Assembly (NCBI GenBank): GCA_963826525.1
Contig: CAWGXH010000004.1
Location: 352,001-416,000 of the forward strand
Direction: 5' to 3'
Source: an uncultured Methanomicrobiaceae archaeon
Lineage (GTDB): Archaea; Halobacteriota; Methanomicrobia; Methanomicrobiales; Methanoculleaceae
Length of the DNA stretch: 64,000 nucleotides
The notes beneath the pieces were generated by a model. The model did not search any database. It had not been told where the DNA came from and saw nothing but the letters and a program-made list of their open reading frames with translations. This document shows positions 19,580 through 29,570 of this stretch, in pieces. Within the stretch, counting starts at the first letter, position 1. The number at the start of each line of letters is the position of its first letter. Both the position numbers and the translations under genes were made by a program.

Positions 19580-21468
19580 AGAAGGACGGTACGGAGAGCC
19601 GGGAGCGGCTCTCCTTCTCCTGGTACCTGCTGTTCGCGATCATCCTGATCACCCTTCCCATCATCGGCTTCATCTCGGTGATGGACAGCCAGAAGGTCGA
19701 AAACGAGCTCATAGCAAACCATCTCCTCCTGCAGGAGCAGACGGAGAAGAGCATCGGCCAGTCGATACTCCTGATCGATACCGGGCGTAAGCTCTTCGAC
19801 ACCTCCCTCGACCGGAGGATGCGGCAGGGGTTCGATCCATTCTTAGCGGAGTACGAACGATCCGACCGGAATCCGGCGGCGATGGATCTCCCTGCAGTCA
19901 GGGAGCGGATCGGCGAGGATACGGATCTCTTTGTCATAAATGAGAACGGGATCATCGAGTACACAACCTATGAGCCGGATCTCTTGCTTGATTTCAAGGC
20001 TTTCCCGGAGTACTATGCATCCATTACCGCGCTGCGCCTTGGAGACACCTTCTCCGCGGATCGGACGGTCCAAGAGTCCGATACCGGACGAGTGCGAAAG
20101 TACGCCTACATGCCGACGCCGGATCACCGCTATCTCCTCGAACTCGGCACGACGCTCCCGGAGGCCTCTCCATACGCCGCCGAACTCGGGTATGCATCCA
20201 GAATCAACGAAACTCTGGACATGAATCCGGACCTGCTCGCCATCAGGATCTTCAACGAATTCGGGCTGCAGGCTGCCGTGAAACACGAGGGAGTATCGAT
20301 TAATCATTCAAGGGCTCTGCCGATTGTGGCGTCCGTGCTCCGGGATAAAAACACCGTTGAGATCGCGGACCCGGAGAGCGGAGCACTCTCCCGGTTTGTC
20401 TATATCGATCGCACCGACCAGGATTATTCCCTCGACATGAACAGTGTCGTCGAGCTGACCTACACTACCGCACCTCTCGCGGAGGAGTTGTACAGGACAC
20501 GGCTGCACCACCTGCTCCTCGCTCTCGTTGCCATCATGCTGACCGCAGGGATTGCTTTTCCCATCGCAACCCGTATCACGCAGCCAATCCGTGAGATCGC
20601 GGACGACGTCGATGCGATCGCCCAGGGGGATCTCGACCACGCGATCCGGGCATCGGGAGGTGCGGAGTTAATCAGGCTCGAGCGAAGCATCACCACGATG
20701 GTTGCCGCCTTAAAGGCGCATATCGAGAGGCTCCGGATCTCGGAACAGAGACTACGCGAGCACAGCGCGCACCTCGAAGAGCAGGTTGGGGAACGGAAAG
20801 CAGACCTCGAAACATCCAACCAGGAGGCAAACCTCTACCTCGATATCCTCATCCATGACGTCAACAACGCCAATGCCGTTACCCTCGGCTATGCCGCCCT
20901 TCTCACCGAGTTATTCGAGGGAAAACGACGCGACCATGCAGAGAAACTGCTCCGGAGACTGCAGGTGAGCAGCGATATCATCAATCACGTATCGGCGACC
21001 AGAAAAGCACTGGAGGAAGGGGTAGAGTTCAAGGTGGTCAATCTCGACGAGATCATCAGGACCTGGACTGCCGGTCATCAAACAGAGGCTATCCGGTACG
21101 AACCGCAACCGGTCACCGTATACGCCGACGAGCTCCTCGCCGAGATCCTTGAAAATCTGATCGGGAATGCCGCCAAGTTCGGGGGGGCCGGCGTCGGGAT
21201 TACGATTCGCGTCGAAGAACAGGGAGATACCGCCATCGTTTCGGTCGAGGATACCGGCCCCGGAATATCCGATGAGCTGAAAGAGGTGCTCTTCAACCGG
21301 TTCAAAAAGGGTGCGGAGGCCGGAAGCGGGAAAGGACTCGGACTCTATATATCCCGGATGCTCGTCGAACGCTACGGCGGCAGGATATGGGTCGAAGACC
21401 GGGTGCCGGGCGCGCCGCACGAGGGAACGGTCATCCGGTTTACCCTGAAGAAGGCGTCCGGGCAATAA
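19576..21468 (+). CDS. Membrane sensor histidine kinase 2 (paralogue)
   Basis: ATGA overlap with HK1; H-box LDILIHDVNN; NLIGNAAKF, DTGPGI, GKGLGL. Confidence 0.92.
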   Translation: MKKDGTESRERLSFSWYLLFAIILITLPIIGFISVMDSQKVENELIANHLLLQEQTEKSIGQSILLIDTGRKLFDTSLDRRMRQGFDPFLAEYERSDRNPAAMDLPAVRERIGEDTDLFVINENGIIEYTTYEPDLLLDFKAFPEYYASITALRLGDTFSADRTVQESDTGRVRKYAYMPTPDHRYLLELGTTLPEASPYAAELGYASRINETLDMNPDLLAIRIFNEFGLQAAVKHEGVSINHSRALPIVASVLRDKNTVEIADPESGALSRFVYIDRTDQDYSLDMNSVVELTYTTAPLAEELYRTRLHHLLLALVAIMLTAGIAFPIATRITQPIREIADDVDAIAQGDLDHAIRASGGAELIRLERSITTMVAALKAHIERLRISEQRLREHSAHLEEQVGERKADLETSNQEANLYLDILIHDVNNANAVTLGYAALLTELFEGKRRDHAEKLLRRLQVSSDIINHVSATRKALEEGVEFKVVNLDEIIRTWTAGHQTEAIRYEPQPVTVYADELLAEILENLIGNAAKFGGAGVGITIRVEEQGDTAIVSVEDTGPGISDELKEVLFNRFKKGAEAGSGKGLGLYISRMLVERYGGRIWVEDRVPGAPHEGTVIRFTLKKASGQ

Positions 21469-21757
21469 CTCCCGTTACCGGAGAGCGCTGCCGGATAGAA
21501 ACACCGAGGGATTGCACCGCCCGACGCAGGAAAGGGACGGCATGGATCTTCCGCGTGCCGATGCCTCCTCCGGCAGATTCGTGCTGCCCGACCGGTGAGC
21601 AGATCCTGCAGGCAGCAAGTGTTAAAACGCGGAAGTACAATACGGGGTGATGATCGCAGGGAGCGTCCCTGCCCCGGCGGACTGCTCACGCCGGCGATAT
21701 TCAGTCTAGCGATACCGGGCAGCGCCTCCAGACCCCGCCTCCGCCTATCCCCGGCTC

Positions 21758-23647
21758 ATGACAAGATCCACACCTGCTGAACAGAGAGACTGGCCGTTCA
21801 CCCACACCATTATCCTGGCCATGCTCCTCATCGTCATCTCCACGGTAGGAGCCATCTCGATCCACGATTATTTCCAGGAGCAGGAGAGGATGACGTCGGA
21901 TCTCGGCACCCTGCAGAATGTTACGGAGAAGAGCATCCGCACATCCGTCGTAAACGTTGATGCCGGACTGAAACTCTTCGACGACGCTCTCAACGACAGG
22001 TTGAAGACCGGGTTTACGCTCTTTCTCCAGGAGTACAACCGGTCCGGCGGAGATCCTTCAAAGATGGATCTTGCAGGGGTAAAGGAGAAGATGGGCGGAA
22101 CGATCGACCTCTACGTCATCAACGAGAGCGGGATGATCGAGTACACTACCTACCCGCCCGATCAGGGGCTCGATTTTAAGAAAATTCCCGACTTTTATGC
22201 CGAGATCACGGAACTGCGGCTTGGAAATACTTTCACCGCCGACAGGGTCGTCTACGAGCAGGCGACCGGGCAGATCCGGAAGTACGCCTATATGCCGACC
22301 CCGGACCATCGCTATCTCCTGGAGATCGGGTTTGTCCCGGCGGCGTTTGCCGACGAGCGAACCCGGATACAATCCCTCGAGAATATGCAGGACCTCGTCG
22401 CGCTCAACCCGTACCTCGAATCGATCAGAGCCTATGATATCTTTGGAAACCCGGTCGGAGAGCGAGGCCCGGCGGTCGACCCCGAGACGAAGAGGCTTGT
22501 GACGGAGGTGATCCTGCCCTCCCGGTCGGATTACCAGGTGCAGGACGCCGGTAGCGGAAGACTGATCCGCTACCTCTTCATCGACCTGAAAGACCCCGAG
22601 TATCCGTCGGATCCGAGCCTCATCGTCGAACTGACGTACAATACGGCACTCATTCAGCGACAACTCGAGCAGCTGCTCCTCTACCGGACAGCCATAGCGC
22701 TTCTGGCGATCACCCTCTGCGGCGCCGCAATCTTCGTGGTGACACGCAGGCTTACACGGCCCATTGCCGAGATCGTCGATGACATCGAGATCATTGCACG
22801 CGGAGACCTCGATCACACCGTCCGGGTCGCGGCGACACGAGAGGTCAGGCTGCTTGAGCAGAGCATCAACAGGATGGTGGGCACCCTGAAATCGACCATC
22901 CGGCGCATCAAAGAATCGGAGGAGACGATCCGGGAGTACAGCGACGGCCTTGAAGAGCAGGTCCGGGAGCGGACGGTCGATCTGCAGGAGTCCACGGAGC
23001 GGGCGAACCTGTACCTGGACGTCCTGACCCACGACATCAACAACATGACGAATACCGCCAGCCTCTACGCCGATCTTCTGCTGGAGGAACTTGACGGTGA
23101 GCCGCGGGAGTATACGGAGAAGATGCAGCGGAGCCTCAGGAAGAGCACCCAGATCATCAAAAACGTCAACACCATCCGGCAGATCCATGAGGAAGAGACC
23201 GCTCTCGTCCCCGTTGCGCTGGACGAGGTTATCCAGGCAGAGATCGGCCATCACCCCGATATCCGCATCAGGTGTGTGGGCACCTCCGCAACCGTACTCG
23301 CCGATGGCCTGCTCTCCGAGATCTTCACGAACCTTATCGGGAATGCCGCTAAATTCGGCGGCCCTGACGTCGAGATCGCGATTCGCGTCGAAGAGAATGG
23401 GGATGAGGCCCGCGTCACAGTCGAGGATACCGGCCCAGGTATTCCGGATGCTATGAAAGGGCAGCTATTCAGCCGTTTCACCAGAGGCGACGGTGAGAAG
23501 AGCGGCCGGGGTCTCGGGCTATACATCTGCCGGATGCTCGTCGAGCGCTACGGCGGCAGGATATGGGTCGAAGACCGGGTGCCCGGTCACCCAGAACGCG
23601 GGGCTGCGATCCGGTTTACTCTGAGAAAAGCCACAGTGCAGAATTGA
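21758..23647 (+). CDS. Membrane sensor histidine kinase 3 (paralogue)
   Basis: Same architecture; H-box LDVLTHDINN; NLIGNAAKF, DTGPGI, GRGLGL. Confidence 0.92.
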   Translation: MTRSTPAEQRDWPFTHTIILAMLLIVISTVGAISIHDYFQEQERMTSDLGTLQNVTEKSIRTSVVNVDAGLKLFDDALNDRLKTGFTLFLQEYNRSGGDPSKMDLAGVKEKMGGTIDLYVINESGMIEYTTYPPDQGLDFKKIPDFYAEITELRLGNTFTADRVVYEQATGQIRKYAYMPTPDHRYLLEIGFVPAAFADERTRIQSLENMQDLVALNPYLESIRAYDIFGNPVGERGPAVDPETKRLVTEVILPSRSDYQVQDAGSGRLIRYLFIDLKDPEYPSDPSLIVELTYNTALIQRQLEQLLLYRTAIALLAITLCGAAIFVVTRRLTRPIAEIVDDIEIIARGDLDHTVRVAATREVRLLEQSINRMVGTLKSTIRRIKESEETIREYSDGLEEQVRERTVDLQESTERANLYLDVLTHDINNMTNTASLYADLLLEELDGEPREYTEKMQRSLRKSTQIIKNVNTIRQIHEEETALVPVALDEVIQAEIGHHPDIRIRCVGTSATVLADGLLSEIFTNLIGNAAKFGGPDVEIAIRVEENGDEARVTVEDTGPGIPDAMKGQLFSRFTRGDGEKSGRGLGLYICRMLVERYGGRIWVEDRVPGHPERGAAIRFTLRKATVQN

Positions 23648-23892
23648 ACCGGTTGCCCCGGAAGAACGATCGCCGCTTTCGGGAGGAAGCCCCGGCGGTT
23701 CGGGTTCCCACCTGCAGGAATGGTTATACTTCCGGCGCCTCGAACAACTTCAGCATATCGATGATCTACAGAAATGGATGATACTATCCATGAAATGTCA
23801 AGAGCACCGGATCTGCACGAAGCACACTTCTTTCCGGGCAGCGCGGGTCGGCGGACGATCCGAAAGAAAAATGAAACGATTCAGGGAAAACG

Positions 23893-24093
23893 CTACTCGG
23901 CAGAGAGAATATCCTGCACCCGTCCTACCCGCCCGTCCTGCAGCCGTACCTTGATACCGTGAGGGTGCTCCGCCGAGTTCGTCAGGATCGCCGCAACGAC
24001 ACCGCGAGTACGCTTTCCTGTCCGCTGATCGCACTTCAGGACAATCTCGACCGTCATTCCCGGCCGGATCTCCTCACGCCGTCTTCCCTTCAT
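23893..24093 (-). CDS. YwbE family protein
   Basis: VEIVLKCDQRTGKRTRGVV..ILT..HPHGIKVRLQDGRVGRV. Confidence 0.88.
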   Translation of the reverse strand: MKGRRREEIRPGMTVEIVLKCDQRTGKRTRGVVAAILTNSAEHPHGIKVRLQDGRVGRVQDILSAE

Positions 24094-25630
24094 CCTCGCA
24101 CACGGGCAGGTCTACCTGCCCAGTCTCATTTTCATCCGCCTTTTCACGCGGCTGGAGTGTCTTCATCTGTGGGAAGAGGAGAACTTCCTTGATGGAATTT
24201 TTGTTGGTGAGCAGCATCACCAGCCGGTCGATGCCGATACCGACACCTCCGGTCGGGGGCATCCCGTAGCCGAGCGCGTTGATGAAGTCGTAATCGATCA
24301 TCTGTGCTTCGAGGTCACCCCGACGCCGCTTTGCATCCTGGAGCTCGAGTCGTGCCTTCTGATCGAGCGGGTCGTTCAGCTCCGAAAAGCCGTTCGCCAT
24401 CTCCATACCGTAGATGAAGAGCTCGAACCGCTCGGTCAGCCCCTCGTGCTCGCGGTGCTTCTTTGCAAGCGGCGAGTTCTCGATGGGAAAATCGTAGATG
24501 AACGTCGGCTGAATGAGCTGTTTTTCGGCGAAGTGCTCGAAGAAGAGGACAAGGTACTCCCCCCACGTCGCCGCCTCTTCGTAGCCCTCGACGTTATGCT
24601 TCCGTGCAAATTCCCGGAGCTCGTCGACGGCGTGATCCCGGACGGAGATCCCCGCATACTCGCGCACCGCCTCGTCCATACTCATGCGTTTCCACGGCCG
24701 CTCGAAGTGAAGAGTCGTCTCCTCGAACGGAATCTCCGTCGAGCCGCAGATCTCGCCGGCGAGCTCTGAAAAGATCGCCTCGGTGAGATCCATCATATCG
24801 TTATAGTCCCGGTACGCCTCGTAGATCTCGACCATCGAGAACTCGGGGTTATGGTTGGTGTCGATATCTTCGTTGCGGAAGTTCTTGGCGATCTCAAAGA
24901 CTTTGTCGAATCCACCGACGAGAAGGCGCTTTAAGTAGAGCTCCGGAGCAATCCGGAGGTACAGCTTCTGCTCGAGGTAGTTGTGGTAGGTCGTGAACGG
25001 CCGTGCGTTCGCCCCCCCGTAGATCGGCTGCAGTGTCGGTGTCTCGAACTCTAAAAAGTCGCGATCCAGCAGGAATGTGCGGAGACGGGATATAATCCTG
25101 CTCCGTGTCCTGAACGTCTCGCGGCTCTCCTCGTTCATGATGAGATCGATGTACCGCTGCCGGTAGCGCGTCTCGACGTTCTTGAGACCGTGGAACTTCT
25201 CCGGGAGAGCGCAGACGGACTTTGCAAGGAGAACGACATCGTCCACCCAGATGGTGAGTTCGCCCATCTTTGTCCGGAAGACGTGGCCGGTCACCCCGAT
25301 AATATCTCCGTTGTCGAAGTAATCCTTAAAGAGGTCGAACTTCTCCTCGCCAAGGTCGTTCTTCCGGATATAGAGCTGGATCTTGCCGGTCGCATCGCCG
25401 ATATCCGCAAAGATCGTCTTCCCGTGATGGCGAATGATATAGATCCGGCCTGCGGTGGAGACCGCACCTTCGCTCTTCTCATGGGTCGCACCGTCGAAAC
25501 GCTCTTTGATCGTCTGAACCGTATCCTTTCGGTCGAACGAATACGGATAGACCGTAACGCCGCGCTCCCTCAGGATCTGTATTTTATCTATCTTCGATCT
25601 CTCAAAACAGAGATTGTCCGTGTCATTCAT
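24074..25630 (-). CDS. lysS: Lysine--tRNA ligase, class II
   Basis: LPEKFHGL, RYRQRYIDL, YGGANARPF, LRIAPELYLK, FRNEDID..HNPEF, YGMPPTGGVGIGIDRL. Confidence 0.97.
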   Translation of the reverse strand: MNDTDNLCFERSKIDKIQILRERGVTVYPYSFDRKDTVQTIKERFDGATHEKSEGAVSTAGRIYIIRHHGKTIFADIGDATGKIQLYIRKNDLGEEKFDLFKDYFDNGDIIGVTGHVFRTKMGELTIWVDDVVLLAKSVCALPEKFHGLKNVETRYRQRYIDLIMNEESRETFRTRSRIISRLRTFLLDRDFLEFETPTLQPIYGGANARPFTTYHNYLEQKLYLRIAPELYLKRLLVGGFDKVFEIAKNFRNEDIDTNHNPEFSMVEIYEAYRDYNDMMDLTEAIFSELAGEICGSTEIPFEETTLHFERPWKRMSMDEAVREYAGISVRDHAVDELREFARKHNVEGYEEAATWGEYLVLFFEHFAEKQLIQPTFIYDFPIENSPLAKKHREHEGLTERFELFIYGMEMANGFSELNDPLDQKARLELQDAKRRRGDLEAQMIDYDFINALGYGMPPTGGVGIGIDRLVMLLTNKNSIKEVLLFPQMKTLQPREKADENETGQVDLPVCEDEGKTA

Positions 25631-25856
25631 GGGGTCACCATCTCCCTTCTCACCGTGCAGCCGTGCTCCCTCGGGCTCCTTCACGGCAACCCTCCTCTGG
25701 GCCAGGAAACGGATCGCAGTCGTCTGCGATCGATACCATACATATTCCACGCCATTGCTATTTAATGTGGGGTGAAACGCAGTTCTCTCCCTCGGGCACC
25801 GCCGTCGGAAATCTCCGCGGATCAGGCAGAGAGAACTGAATCCGGATACTGCCGGC

Positions 25857-26438
25857 CTATCCCGGATGCCCGCCACGGCACGCCCGCATGAACGCACGGA
25901 TCTTCTCCCGGTCTTTGACACCGGGGCCGGCCTCGAGCCCCGAACAGGCGTCCACCGCATACGGGCGGACGGTATCGATCGCCTCCTCCACATTCTCCGG
26001 CGTGAGCCCGCCGGCGAGGATGACCGGGACGGGCGACTCCTCGACTATCCGCCGTGCAAAGACAGGGTCGTAGAGGCATCCGGTGCCCCGGCTTGCATCC
26101 ACGATCACCGCATCGCAGTCACCCCGCGGCATATCAGGGGGTTTTATGACCCTGATGAACGCCACGTCCCGGACAGCGGGGAGCGGGAAGTCGTGCGAGA
26201 TCTGTACGGCCGCAGGGCAGAGCGCGAGGATACGTTCGAGGTCTTCGGGCGAAGCCGTATGCGTGACGCAAACCGTCCGAACCCGGGAGCCGACGGCTGC
26301 GATAATCTCCCCTGCCTGCTCAAGCGTAATCTCCCGGGGCGAGTCGCTGCAGACGATCATCCCGATGGCATCCGCTCCGAGAGATGCACTATACACCGCA
26401 TCGTCCACCGTCATGACCCCGCAGATCTTCACGCGCAT
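25857..26438 (-). CDS. trpF: Phosphoribosylanthranilate isomerase
   Basis: MRVKICG, GADAIG, SPREI, ILAGGLTPENV, PYAVDACSGLE, GVKD. Confidence 0.92.
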   Translation of the reverse strand: MRVKICGVMTVDDAVYSASLGADAIGMIVCSDSPREITLEQAGEIIAAVGSRVRTVCVTHTASPEDLERILALCPAAVQISHDFPLPAVRDVAFIRVIKPPDMPRGDCDAVIVDASRGTGCLYDPVFARRIVEESPVPVILAGGLTPENVEEAIDTVRPYAVDACSGLEAGPGVKDREKIRAFMRACRGGHPG

Positions 26439-26535
26439 ACAGATCACAACTCCACTTTCCTTCCCGACAGGTAGGACGCCATCGATGATGAATGGACGTG
26501 TCGGCATCGAAACGCAACACATAAGAGTTTGGCGA

Positions 26536-27162
26536 ATGAGTGTGATTGAAGAGCATATGGATGAGAGTCGAAACCGAAGGGAACGGATGGACGAACTCTC
26601 TCAGGTGATACGCGAATGCAGGAAATGCCCTCTCTGGGAGGATACGCATAACGCGGTCCCGGGAGAAGGGAACGCCACGGCAAGACTGGTCTTTATCGGT
26701 GAGGCTCCGGGCAGGCAGGAAGACCTTACCGGAAGGCCATTCGTCGGCCGCGCAGGTTCCCTCCTCGAGAGACTCCTCGCCGGGATCGGGCTTGCACGAT
26801 CGGATGTATTCATAGCGAACATCGTCAAACACCGGCCTCCGGAGAACCGTGATCCACGGGAGAGCGAGATCGAGGCCTGCACCCCCTACCTCGACCAGCA
26901 GATCCGGTTGATTGAACCCGAGATTATCGTCACGCTCGGGCGGCACTCGACCCGGTACATCCTCTCCCGGGTGCCGATTGAGTTTGAGAAGATCACCGAG
27001 ATCCGTGGGAAGGTCTTCGCTGTTACGTTCGCCGGTCAGAAGGTGCGCATTATCCCGACACTTCACCCTGCAGCGGCCCTCTACAACCCCGCATACAGGG
27101 CAGACCTCGAAGAGGACTTCCGGACGATCCGGGACGAACTCGCAGTCACGGAGCCGCGTTAG
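26536..27162 (+). CDS. udg: Uracil-DNA glycosylase family 4
   Basis: CRKCPL, GEAPG, PFVGRAG, RPPENRDP, HPAAALY. Confidence 0.93.
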   Translation: MSVIEEHMDESRNRRERMDELSQVIRECRKCPLWEDTHNAVPGEGNATARLVFIGEAPGRQEDLTGRPFVGRAGSLLERLLAGIGLARSDVFIANIVKHRPPENRDPRESEIEACTPYLDQQIRLIEPEIIVTLGRHSTRYILSRVPIEFEKITEIRGKVFAVTFAGQKVRIIPTLHPAAALYNPAYRADLEEDFRTIRDELAVTEPR

Positions 27163-27174
27163 GAGACGCCCGGT

Positions 27175-27603
27175 ATGCCGAAAGAGAGGTCCTGCGGTGC
27201 CGTCGTCTTCCGGAGAGATCGGGAGATCGAGTATCTGCTCCTGCAGTACGGGGCGGGCCACTGGGATCTCGTCAAGGGACACGGGAGGCGGGGAGAGAAA
27301 GAGAAGCAGACCGTACTCCGGGAACTCGAGGAAGAGACCGGGATCGTCGACGCGTGGTTCATCCCGGATTTCCGTGAGGAGATCCACTACTTCTTCCGGC
27401 GCCGCGGAGATACGGTCTACAAGGAGGTCGTCTACTACCTCATGGAGACACGCAGCCGGGACGTGCTCCTCTCGGACGAGCATATCGGCTACCGGTGGCT
27501 GCCGTTCGAGCAGGCGATCAGAACAGTCACCTTTAAAAATTCACGTGACGTTGTCAAAAAGGCGCAGGGACACCTGAAAGCGGAGATCTCACCCAACGGG
27601 TGA
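27175..27603 (+). CDS. NUDIX hydrolase (Ap4A hydrolase-like)
   Basis: SCGAVVF, GHWDLVKGH..GE..TVLRELEEETGI Nudix box, LSDEH. Confidence 0.9.
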   Translation: MPKERSCGAVVFRRDREIEYLLLQYGAGHWDLVKGHGRRGEKEKQTVLRELEEETGIVDAWFIPDFREEIHYFFRRRGDTVYKEVVYYLMETRSRDVLLSDEHIGYRWLPFEQAIRTVTFKNSRDVVKKAQGHLKAEISPNG

Positions 27604-27615
27604 CCACTCTCACAT

Positions 27616-28869
27616 CTACCTGCGATCCGCTGCAGGGGCGGAACCACCCCTCTCCGCCCCCTCCCCTGACCGGACGGCCAGCAGGAAATCCTTGAGCAGC
27701 GGGATCTCCGTCCGGACAACCTCGATTCCTGCTTCGGCAAAAAGATATGCCGGCCCCTTTCCCTCCATACTTTCCCGGGTGACGACGATATCGGGCTTCT
27801 CGGCAAGAAGCCATCGTGCCGTCTGCAGGCCCTTCCCCTTCTCAACCCCGGTATAGGGATTGGCAATGAACCGCATCTCCTCTACCCTCCCGGAAGATCG
27901 GTCGATGTCGACGACGGCAAACGAGGGGGCCTCCCCAAAGTGAGGACTGATCGTGCCCTCCCCGTCCCCAAGTGCCACGGCATACCGCATGTGCGTCGAC
28001 GACGACGGCTCAAGGTGCAGGACGACCCGGTCGACGCCGGGTATGGCATCCCGTATCTTCTCCTTGATTCGCTCGGCGATCCGGTGCGCCTGCTCGAGGT
28101 CGCCGATCCTGAAGGCGACATCCGCCTCGACAAAGACGTATCTGCCCGAGTTGCGGCCGGTGATGCGCCGCACATCGGCGACCGCAGGTTCGGCGAGGAT
28201 GATCCTCCGAAGCGCCTCAAGCGTCTTTTGATCTACCGACGCATCGAGGAGCACCCGCATTCCGGAAATGAGGATGCCCCACCCCGCCCGCAGAATAAAG
28301 AGTGCGACGATGACGGCGGCAACCCGATCAAGAGGAAGACCGGACGCACTGCCCGCCAGGGCAACAAAAACGATCGCTGATGAGAGGACATCCGCCGTGA
28401 ACTGATTGCCGTCGGCAACGAGGCTCGGGGAGTTGTACCGGCGGCCGACACGCATCTCGTACCGGCCGAAGAGAAACGGCACGGGAATCAGGAGCGCCAC
28501 TGCGGCGAGCACCAGCGGATCATACGATACCACCGCCCCTTCACGGAAGAGCGCCTCCCGCACGATCTCGTAAGCGGTCAGGAAGAGGAGCAGCGCGATG
28601 ATCACCGAAACGACGTTCTCAATCTTATAGAGGCCGTAGGGAAACTGCGGGCTCTTCCGCGTCGAGATGACGAGGCCAAGGATCAGGGCGATCGACGCGA
28701 AGACATCGACGAGGGAGTGAACCGCATCAGCCTGCAGCGCCAGACTTCCCGTGATCAGCGAGAGCAGGTATTTGATAGAAACCAGCGAGATATTGAGCGC
28801 CAGTGAATAGACGGCCACCCGGCGGATGGGTGAACCGAATACTCCGTCCGCTTCCCTATCTCTCTCCAT
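27616..28869 (-). CDS. Cation diffusion facilitator transporter with C-terminal NifB/NifX-like domain
   Basis: ADAVHSLVD, FPYGLYKIE, dimerisation domain ..HLEP, then ISPHFGEAPSF..ANPY. Confidence 0.9.
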   Translation of the reverse strand: MERDREADGVFGSPIRRVAVYSLALNISLVSIKYLLSLITGSLALQADAVHSLVDVFASIALILGLVISTRKSPQFPYGLYKIENVVSVIIALLLFLTAYEIVREALFREGAVVSYDPLVLAAVALLIPVPFLFGRYEMRVGRRYNSPSLVADGNQFTADVLSSAIVFVALAGSASGLPLDRVAAVIVALFILRAGWGILISGMRVLLDASVDQKTLEALRRIILAEPAVADVRRITGRNSGRYVFVEADVAFRIGDLEQAHRIAERIKEKIRDAIPGVDRVVLHLEPSSSTHMRYAVALGDGEGTISPHFGEAPSFAVVDIDRSSGRVEEMRFIANPYTGVEKGKGLQTARWLLAEKPDIVVTRESMEGKGPAYLFAEAGIEVVRTEIPLLKDFLLAVRSGEGAERGGSAPAADRR

Positions 28870-29046
28870 ACAATCACCGACAGAGGCTCTCGCGCAGCAA
28901 TCGGGATTTTTCTCCCGAATACCATTTAGGTCTTTGTGCCGTGACATACAGAACCGGATCTGGCCAGTGTTCAGATATGCCCGGAGTGCCTAGCCAGAGT
29001 CATGCACAAACCTTATCCTCCCGCTCCCCGTATGGCTCCCTGAACC

Positions 29047-29379
29047 ATGGTGCTCGAACAGGTCATCGGGGTCATCGAGTCGGGGATCGGCATCTTCGGT
29101 GCGATCTTTATCGTTTACGGAGCAATTATCGCAATCTACCAGCTCCTGAAACGGGAGACCCGCATACAGTGGTTGAGTTACCACGACATCAGGTGGACGT
29201 TCACCACGCGGATCCTGATCGGCCTCGAGTTCTTCGTGGCCGCCGATGTCCTCAAGACCATCCTCGAACCGACGTACCAGGATCTGGCCGTGCTCGGTGC
29301 CATCGTCGCCATCAGAACCGTCTTGAGTTACTTCCTCGGGAAAGAAATGCAGGAGATGCCGGAAGACAAAAAGATGTAA
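29047..29379 (+). CDS. DUF1622 membrane protein
   Basis: ILIGLEFFVAADVLKTI..LGAIVAIRTVLSYFL. Confidence 0.9.
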   Translation: MVLEQVIGVIESGIGIFGAIFIVYGAIIAIYQLLKRETRIQWLSYHDIRWTFTTRILIGLEFFVAADVLKTILEPTYQDLAVLGAIVAIRTVLSYFLGKEMQEMPEDKKM

Positions 29380-29570
29380 TCAGACCTCGTGCTCCGCCGG
29401 AGGAGCGACGGATCACCTTTTCTCAGGTCTTCCCACCAACACCTGCACGCGGGTGTATCGATCCGGATTGGCCTTTCACCCGGGATCTGGTCGGCATCCC
29501 CAAAAGAAACAATGTTCCGGGAGATGCAACAGGTCTCGTAAGGCATATCGCCAGCATCCGGAGCAGCACG

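Noticed and set aside
25660-25687. SECIS-like reading of the GAA-containing stem upstream of lysS
   Set aside because: Geometry does not fit well and no in-frame UGA selenoprotein is evident nearby.
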